This document shows, one piece after another, positions 17,088-23,177 of a DNA stretch of 25,876 nucleotides. The first letter of the stretch is position 1. Each line of letters begins with the position of its first letter. This DNA comes from Candidatus Fraserbacteria bacterium (GTDB lineage: Bacteria; Bipolaricaulota; Bipolaricaulia; RBG-16-55-9; JANLFV01): assembly GCA_037446135.1 (NCBI GenBank), contig JBBIJD010000006.1:1-25876 (forward strand), written 5' to 3'. A model generated the notes under the pieces. That model ran no database searches. It was not told the origin of the DNA and worked only from the letters and a program-made list of their open reading frames with translations. Position numbers and translations under genes: made by a program.

Positions 17088-17522
17088 CTAGCCTTCACCT
17101 CCGATCCCGACATAGGGGGCCCACTCCTCCAGTGCGGAGAGGGCCTCCTTGGCCCTCTCGAGGTTATTGAGCCGGAAGCCGAACTGGACCCGTCCGCAAT
17201 CCCCATATCCGACCGTCCCAAGAGGATAGATCGACTCGATATTGACCCCGGCGTTCGCGATCGCCCTTGCTACTTTGGCCAACTGGCCCGGCTTATCGGG
17301 GATGTCCACGAAGAGGACATCGGCCTCCTCGAACTTGGCCCCCCGCTCCTTTAGACTCTTCCGCGTGAGCTCGACATCGTAGGGGACCAGGGCGACGAGG
17401 GCCTTCTCCGGCTCGGTGATGCTGATAACGGCCTTGAGGTTGATCTTTCGCTCCGCAAGATACTCCAAGAGCTCGGCCAGCCCGCCGGGCCGGTGGGGGA
17501 CGGTAACCCGGAACTCCTTCAC
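17088..17522 (-). CDS. Tandem ACT-domain protein
   Basis: Two ACT repeats, HRPGGLAELLEYLAERKINL and DKPGQLAKVARAIANAGVNIESI. GTG 17522 is well spaced from SD AGGAGG; the alternative start is 17531. Confidence 0.85.
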   Translation of the reverse strand: MKEFRVTVPHRPGGLAELLEYLAERKINLKAVISITEPEKALVALVPYDVELTRKSLKERGAKFEEADVLFVDIPDKPGQLAKVARAIANAGVNIESIYPLGTVGYGDCGRVQFGFRLNNLERAKEALSALEEWAPYVGIGGEG

Positions 17523-17566
17523 CTTCCTCACCTCCTTCCCTGAGAGAAAGATCGGAGCGGCTCAGT

Positions 17567-19318
17567 TCAGAACAGCCCCACGACCCGCCCCTGCTCATCG
17601 ATATCGACATTCATGAAGGCCGGCTTGCTCGGAAGACCCGGCATCGTCCGCATCTCACCACACAGCGGATAGAGGAAGCCGGCACCGACTGAGGCCCGGA
17701 CATCTCGGATCGGGAGCCTGTAATTCCGGGGGACGCCCTTCCATTCAGGGTTGTGAGAGAGCGAGAGATGGGTCTTGGCCATGCAGATCGGGAGCTTATC
17801 GTAGCCGAGCTTAGTGTAGAGCTGGATCTTCTCCTCGGCCTCGGCGGAGTAATCGACCCCGTCGGCCCCGTAGACCTTGGTGGCGATCGTCTCGATCTTC
17901 TCCTTGATCGGGATCTCCAGTGGGTAGAGGAACTGGAATCTGCTCGCCTTCTCGCAGGCCTGGACCACAGCCTCGGCCAGCTCGGCCCCGCCCTTGCCGC
18001 CCTCGGCCCAGACCCGCGACTCGATCCCGGCCTCAGCCCCGAACTGCTTTGCTGACTTCTTCACCAGCTCGATCTCGCGGTCGGCGTCGGTCGGGAAGCG
18101 GTTAATCGCTACGACCACGGGGATCCCGAAGAGCTTGGCGATCTTGATGTTCGCCTCCAGGTTCGCCAGCCCCTTCTCCAAAAGCTTGAGGTTCTCCTGG
18201 GTGTAGGCCGGATCGAGCGGCCTTCCGGGGACGACTCTGGGCCCGCCCCCATGCATCTTCAATGCCCGGACGGAGGCGACCATCACCACGCAGTTGGGGA
18301 TCAGCCCGGAGTAGCGGCACTTGATGTCGAAGAACTTCTCCATCCCGCAGTCGGCCCCGAAGCCGGACTCGGTCACCACATAGTCAGCCAGCTTGAGGGC
18401 GATCTGATCGGCCACGATCGAGCTGTTCCCATGAGCGATATTCGCGAACGGTCCAGCATGGACGAACGCCGGTGAGCCCTCGAGCGTCTGGAGGAGGTTC
18501 GGCATCAGGGCGTCCTTTAGGAGGACGGTCATCGCCCCGGCGACCCCCAAGTCCTCGGCGGTGATCGGATTTCCGGACCAATCGGTCCCGATCACGATCC
18601 GCCCGATCCTCTCCCGGAGGTCCTTGAGGCTCGTGGCGAGCGCGAGGATCGCCATCACCTCGCTCGCGACAGTGATGTCAAAGCCGCTCTCGCGGGGATA
18701 GCCGTCCTCTCGCGTCCCCAGCCCGATGATGATCTTGCGTAGTGCCCGATCGTTTACATCGACGACGCGGTTCCAGGTGATGGAGTAAGGGTTGATGTTG
18801 AGGTAGCGCATCCCCATCTTCTCCCAGCGCTCCTTCCCGTAGTTCCGCTCATGGAGGAGCCGGGCATCGATGGCCGCCGCCAGTTGGTTGTGGGCCGCCC
18901 CGACGGCGTGGATGTCCCCGGTGAGGTGGAGGTTGAAGTCCTCCATCGGGACGACTTGGGAGTAGCCCCCTCCGGCGGCCCCGCCCTTGATCCCGAAGGT
19001 CGGGCCCTGAGAGGGCTGGCGGATGCAGGTGAAGACCCTCTTCCCGATGTAGTGGAGCCCCTGGGAGAGGCCGATCGTGGTGACCGTCTTCCCTTCTCCT
19101 AAGGGTGTCGGAGTGATGGCCGTGACATCGATGTATTTCCCGTTCGGCCGGTCCTTGAGCCGCTCGCGGATCTCGAGGTGGACCTTGGCCTTATACCAGC
19201 CGTAGGGCTCGAGCTCCTCCTCTAAGATCCCGACCTCGCGGGCCAGCTCCAGGATCGGCTTGAGCTTAGCCGCCTGAGCGATCTCCAGATCCGATGGGAC
19301 TGTCCGGACTTCAGCCAT
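17567..19318 (-). CDS. fhs: Formate--tetrahydrofolate ligase
   Basis: [32 protein letters not shown] and [17 protein letters not shown] upstream. Confidence 0.97.
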   Translation of the reverse strand: MAEVRTVPSDLEIAQAAKLKPILELAREVGILEEELEPYGWYKAKVHLEIRERLKDRPNGKYIDVTAITPTPLGEGKTVTTIGLSQGLHYIGKRVFTCIRQPSQGPTFGIKGGAAGGGYSQVVPMEDFNLHLTGDIHAVGAAHNQLAAAIDARLLHERNYGKERWEKMGMRYLNINPYSITWNRVVDVNDRALRKIIIGLGTREDGYPRESGFDITVASEVMAILALATSLKDLRERIGRIVIGTDWSGNPITAEDLGVAGAMTVLLKDALMPNLLQTLEGSPAFVHAGPFANIAHGNSSIVADQIALKLADYVVTESGFGADCGMEKFFDIKCRYSGLIPNCVVMVASVRALKMHGGGPRVVPGRPLDPAYTQENLKLLEKGLANLEANIKIAKLFGIPVVVAINRFPTDADREIELVKKSAKQFGAEAGIESRVWAEGGKGGAELAEAVVQACEKASRFQFLYPLEIPIKEKIETIATKVYGADGVDYSAEAEEKIQLYTKLGYDKLPICMAKTHLSLSHNPEWKGVPRNYRLPIRDVRASVGAGFLYPLCGEMRTMPGLPSKPAFMNVDIDEQGRVVGLF

Positions 19319-19343
19319 TCAGACCTCCTTCTAGTGGCTCATT

Positions 19344-20108
19344 TTATCTCTCCTGTTTGATCCCTTCTCCAGACCACCTCCCCATCTTATATACTCCCCT
19401 CACCGAGGGGGAGGCAAATCTACCCGGACCCGGCTTGGCCTGGCTGGGCCTTGGTTGGTCTTGGGGCGGATCGCCCCCTGGCCCGCTGGAGCCCGAGGAA
19501 GCGCGCCTCCCGGACCAGGACCAATCCCGGATCTCCCAGATCTCGGCCAGGGCCTCCAGGTGCCCGAGGGCCTTCAGTCGCTCATAGATCAGGTGCCAGG
19601 CGCACTCGAGCTTTGGGTCCACCTCGCACTTTCCCCCCTGGGAGCCGCCGCAGGGGCCGTTGAGCAAGGATTTTGAACACCTAGTGATCGGGCAGATCCC
19701 CCCGGTCCGGTCTAAGACGCAGTCTCCGCACCCGGAGCAGAACTCGAGGAACTCCCCTCCGGCCCCCTCCCCGCCGATGAACATCGTATTCTGGGCGGGG
19801 AAGACCGGGACTCGGGGGAAGGCCGCGGAGACCATCTGGACCCCGACGCCGCAGGCGAGGGAGAGGATCACTTCAGCATCGCCCAGTTGATCCGCGAGCT
19901 TGGCGACAATTCTAGCATCGCATTGCCGCGCCAGGGTGGCCGCCCTTGGGGCCTTGCCCGCCGCTTCCAGCTTGGGGAGGTAGGTCTCGGCTTCCTTCAA
20001 TCCCCGAGGGGGCTGGAAGCAACCCTGACAGCCGAGGACCAAGATCCTCCGGTAGGGTGCCAGGAAGGCCAGGACCTCCTCCAGCGGCTTCTCCGCGGTC
20101 ACGATCAT
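19344..20108 (-). CDS. metV: Methylene-THF reductase Fe-S/Zn subunit MetV (MTHFR_C domain)
   Basis: MIVTAEKPLEE start, GCQGC, RQCD, LACGVGVQ, CSGCGDC...GGICPITRCSKSLLNGPCGG...CEVD...CAW and DWS. The tracked TTG at 20144 is the -35 box, so the start is ATG 20108. Confidence 0.9.
   Translation of the reverse strand: MIVTAEKPLEEVLAFLAPYRRILVLGCQGCFQPPRGLKEAETYLPKLEAAGKAPRAATLARQCDARIVAKLADQLGDAEVILSLACGVGVQMVSAAFPRVPVFPAQNTMFIGGEGAGGEFLEFCSGCGDCVLDRTGGICPITRCSKSLLNGPCGGSQGGKCEVDPKLECAWHLIYERLKALGHLEALAEIWEIRDWSWSGRRASSGSSGPGGDPPQDQPRPSQAKPGPGRFASPSVRGVYKMGRWSGEGIKQER
19388..19417 (-). promoter_or_regulatory. Possible fhs promoter TTGCCT-N18-TATATA, internal to the metV 3' tail
   Basis: The minus strand reads TTGCCT CCCCCTCGGTGAGGGGAG TATATAAGAT, the same layout as other promoters in the window. 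Confidence 0.45.
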
Positions 20109-20114
20109 GATTAA

Positions 20115-20144
20115 ATTATATTCGCCCCCGGGCGAAGGGGGCAA
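20115..20144 (-). promoter_or_regulatory. Promoter TTGCCC-N18-TATAAT for metV(-fhs)
   Basis: Minus-strand -35 at 20144-20139 and -10 at 20120-20115. The ATG is 6 nt downstream. Confidence 0.7.
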
Positions 20145-20162
20145 AAGTCGAGTCGAGCCCTT

Positions 20163-20192
20163 TTGCCCACCCCTTTGGGGCAGAGATATAAT
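20163..20192 (+). promoter_or_regulatory. Promoter TTGCCC-N18-TATAAT for the hydrogenase-kinase-metF operon
   Basis: -35 at 20163-20168 and -10 at 20187-20192. SD GAGGAGG precedes ATG 20225/20228. Confidence 0.7.
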
Positions 20193-20224
20193 GGCTCACA
20201 GAAAGGTCTTATCTTGAGGAGGAT

Positions 20225-21073
20225 ATGATGGGGAAGACCACAGAGGTTCCGGTCATCTGGCTCCAGGCAGCCACCTGCAGCGGCTGCTCCGTCTCGGTCC
20301 TCAACTCCGCCCATCCCAAGATCGCCGAGCTCCTCCTCGAGGAGGTGGTCCCCGGTCGTCATCTCAACCTCCGGTTCCAGGCGACGGTGATGGCCGGCGC
20401 GGGTGAGCCGGTCCTCGAGGTTTTGGAGGAGGCGGAGCATGAGCTAAAGGGTGGTTTCCTCCTGGTGGTCGAGGGTGCGATCCCCACGGCCGAGGGGGGC
20501 TTCTACGGGACCTTGGGGGAGGAGCCGCTGGCCGAGCGGGCGGCCTCCCTGGGGAGGGCGGCCCAGGCGGCCCTGGCCCTGGGGACCTGCGCCTCCTTCG
20601 GGGGGATCTTCGCCGCCGAGCCGAACCCGACCGGATGCGTCGGCCTCGGGGAGCTCTTCAAGCGAGAAGGGATCATGACCCCATTGATCAACCTCCCCGG
20701 CTGTCCGCCCCATCCCGACTGGTTCGTCGGGACCGTGGCAAGTATTCTGCTCCTGGGCCTCGATGGCCTGGAGGAGGCGCGCCTCCTGGATGAATACCGC
20801 CGGCCCAAGCTCTTCTATGGGAGGCTGATCCACGAGCACTGCCCCCGGCGGGCCTACTTCGATGAGGGGAAGTTCGCCAAGCACTTGAGCGATGAGGGCT
20901 GCCTCTATGAGCTGGGCTGCAAGGGGCCGATCACCCATGCCGACTGCCCATTGAGGCTCTGGAACGGCGGAACAAACTGGGTCATCGGCTGCGGGGCACC
21001 CTGCAACGGCTGCGTCGAGCCGGGCTTCCCGGACCTGGTCTCACCATTCTATGAGAAGTTGAAGGAGGCTTGA
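20225..21073 (+). CDS. [NiFe]-hydrogenase small subunit, group-1-like, no Tat leader or TM anchor
   Basis: Proximal ligands IWLQAATCSGC, GTCASFGG and PGCPPHP. Distal HEHC...GCLYELGCKGP. Medial ADC...PCNGC. Confidence 0.93.
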   Translation: MMGKTTEVPVIWLQAATCSGCSVSVLNSAHPKIAELLLEEVVPGRHLNLRFQATVMAGAGEPVLEVLEEAEHELKGGFLLVVEGAIPTAEGGFYGTLGEEPLAERAASLGRAAQAALALGTCASFGGIFAAEPNPTGCVGLGELFKREGIMTPLINLPGCPPHPDWFVGTVASILLLGLDGLEEARLLDEYRRPKLFYGRLIHEHCPRRAYFDEGKFAKHLSDEGCLYELGCKGPITHADCPLRLWNGGTNWVIGCGAPCNGCVEPGFPDLVSPFYEKLKEA

Positions 21074-21080
21074 TCTGACC

Positions 21081-22616
21081 ATGGGAAGGATCGTCATCGA
21101 CCCGATCACTCGGATCGAGGGGCACTTGAAGATCGAGGCCGTGGTCGAGAACGGTGTAGTGAAGGAGGCGAGGAGCTCGGGGACCCTCTTCCGCGGGCTG
21201 GAGTTGATACTTTTGGGGCGGGACCCCCGGGATGCCCCGCTCATCACTCAGCGGATCTGCGGGGTCTGTCCGATCTCCCATGGCACGGCCTCGACCTTCG
21301 CCCTCGATCGGGCCTTCGGCATTGCCGATAAGATCACCAAGAACGGCCGGATCGTCCGCAACTTGATCTTGGGCTCGAACTTCATCCAGTCCCATGTCCT
21401 CCACTTCTATCATCTCGCGGCCCTCGATTATGTAGATCTTACGGCCGCAAGCGATTATGATGGCCCAGATCCTGAGCTCCAGCGGGTCCGAAGGTTCCTC
21501 GAGCGGGGCGAGCTTGGCCCCTTCCTCCCCAGGTATGAGGGGGACTACCGGCTCAGCAAGGAGGCGAACCGCGAAGCGGCGGCCCACTACCTCATGGCCT
21601 TCGAGATCCGAAGGAAGGCCCATGAGATGCTGGCGGTCTTCGGGGGGAAGGCCCCTCATACCGTGGGGATCGTCCCCGGCGGGGCGACCGAGGTCCCGAC
21701 GGTCGATAAGATCACCTCGTTCCTCTGGAGGCTCAATGAGATCCGCAGCTTCATCGATAACACCTACATCCCCGATGTCTTGACGATCGCCAGGGCTTAT
21801 CCTGACCACCTCGAGATCGGCTCAGGCTGCGGGAACCTCCTCTCCTACGGCGGCTTCCCTCAAGAGGATGGGCTATTCTTCTGGAGCGGGACCACCTCTC
21901 AGGAGTTGAACCCCGAGGGGCTCGACCCCTCCAGGATCACCGAATCGGTCCGCTACTCCTGGTATGCCTCCTCAAAGGACCCGCTCCACCCCGCGGAGGG
22001 GCTGACCAAGCCCCGCTGGGGGAAGGAGGGGGCCTACTCTTGGCTCAAGGCCCCACGCTATGACGGGAAGGTCTACGAGGTCGGGCCGCTCGCTCGCCTT
22101 TTGGTGAACTATGCCGAGGGGAATCCCAAGGTGAAGGGGCTGGTGGACTGGGCCCTGGGGGAGCTCAAAGTTGGGCCCCGGGCCTTCTTCTCGGTGATGG
22201 GGCGGCATCTTGCCCGGGCCTTGGACTGCAAGCTGGTGGCCGATGCGATGGCCGAGTGGGTGATGGAGCTCGACCCGGGCGGGCCGGTCTATACTGAATA
22301 TGAGCTTCCAGATTCGGCCCAAGGTTTCGGGCTGGTCGAGGCCCCAAGAGGGGCCTTGGGCCACTGGCTCAAGATCGAAGGTGGCAAGATCGCCCATTAC
22401 CAGTGCGTGGTCCCCACCACATGGAACGCCTCTCCGCGTGACGGGAAGGGGCAGCCGGGGCCGTTGGAGCAGGCCATTGAGGGGACCAGGATCAAGGATG
22501 AGCGGAACCCCTTCGAGATCGTGAGGATCGTCCGCTCATTCGACCCTTGCCTCGCCTGCGCCGTCCACCTGGTGAGGCCGAAGGGGCGGGAGATCGCCCG
22601 CCTCGAGGTGGTTTAG
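21081..22616 (+). CDS. [NiFe]-hydrogenase large subunit, group-1(a)-like
   Basis: IDPITRIEGH, L1 QRICGVCPISH, EAPRGALGHW, VPTTWN, and L2 SFDPCLACAVH followed by a 15-aa cleavable extension. Confidence 0.95.
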   Translation: MGRIVIDPITRIEGHLKIEAVVENGVVKEARSSGTLFRGLELILLGRDPRDAPLITQRICGVCPISHGTASTFALDRAFGIADKITKNGRIVRNLILGSNFIQSHVLHFYHLAALDYVDLTAASDYDGPDPELQRVRRFLERGELGPFLPRYEGDYRLSKEANREAAAHYLMAFEIRRKAHEMLAVFGGKAPHTVGIVPGGATEVPTVDKITSFLWRLNEIRSFIDNTYIPDVLTIARAYPDHLEIGSGCGNLLSYGGFPQEDGLFFWSGTTSQELNPEGLDPSRITESVRYSWYASSKDPLHPAEGLTKPRWGKEGAYSWLKAPRYDGKVYEVGPLARLLVNYAEGNPKVKGLVDWALGELKVGPRAFFSVMGRHLARALDCKLVADAMAEWVMELDPGGPVYTEYELPDSAQGFGLVEAPRGALGHWLKIEGGKIAHYQCVVPTTWNASPRDGKGQPGPLEQAIEGTRIKDERNPFEIVRIVRSFDPCLACAVHLVRPKGREIARLEVV

Positions 22617-22625
22617 GAGCAGTCA

Positions 22626-23177
22626 GTGATGAGGGTCGCGATCCTCGGTGTAGGAAACATCCTGCTGAAGGACGAGGGGGTCGGGGTCCAGCTCGTCCGG
22701 GCCTTACAGCGCCTACCCCTCCCCGAGGGTGTCGAGGTCATTGACGGGGGGACCTCGCCCGAAGCGGCCTTCCTTGCTGCAGGCTTTGATAAGCTCATCA
22801 TCGTCGATGCCGCCTTGGGAGGCGGCCCGCCGGGGACGGTCTATCGCCTGAGGCCGGAAGATCTTTTGCCCTTACCTCGAGGGCTGCTCCTCTCCGGTCA
22901 TGAGCTCGACCTCTTTCAGTCCCTCTTGGCGTTGGCCCCCGAGGAGTGGCCGAAAGAGGTGGTGATCCTCGGGATCGAGCCGAAGGAGCTCAGCTGGGGG
23001 ATGGAACTCTCGCCGGAGATCGAGGCCAAGCTGGAGGAGCTCTGTGGGACGGTCCTGCGGGAATGCGGATGTGAATGTGAATTCGAAGATGGTTCCGGTC
23101 CAGCTCCTGCGGCGGTTCGAGCTCTTCTCGGGCTTGACCGAGGAGGAGCTCGCCCAGCTCGCCGCGCTCGGCCGTGA
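22626..23177 (+). CDS. Hydrogenase maturation endopeptidase (HyaD/HybD family)
   Basis: LGVGNILLKDEGVG, IDGGT, IIVDA, SGHE and GIEP...GMELS. SD AGGAG upstream. The C-terminal ~30 aa overlap the next gene. Confidence 0.92.
   Translation: MMRVAILGVGNILLKDEGVGVQLVRALQRLPLPEGVEVIDGGTSPEAAFLAAGFDKLIIVDAALGGGPPGTVYRLRPEDLLPLPRGLLLSGHELDLFQSLLALAPEEWPKEVVILGIEPKELSWGMELSPEIEAKLEELCGTVLRECGCECEFEDGSGPAPAAVRALLGLDRGGARPARRARP

Noticed and set aside
19319..19390. ZTP or THF riboswitch upstream of fhs
   Set aside because: The leader is short and purine-rich, and I see no conserved aptamer motifs. An Rfam scan would be decisive.
19423..19465. CRISPR array or true tandem repeat
   Set aside because: Only degenerate 5-6-nt units with no repeat-spacer structure, and no cas genes.
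22540..22570. [NiFeSe] hydrogenase
   Set aside because: The L2 motif is DPCLACAVH with TGC codons.
20225..22616. Canonical group 2b sensory or group 3 (Mvh/Hox) hydrogenase
   Set aside because: A C-terminal extension and protease are present and the motifs are group-1-like. There is no MvhD, Hdr or diaphorase gene.
23069..23088. Rex or CRP operator (TGTGAA)
   Set aside because: It is a direct duplication without the inverted half-site TTCACA/TCACA.
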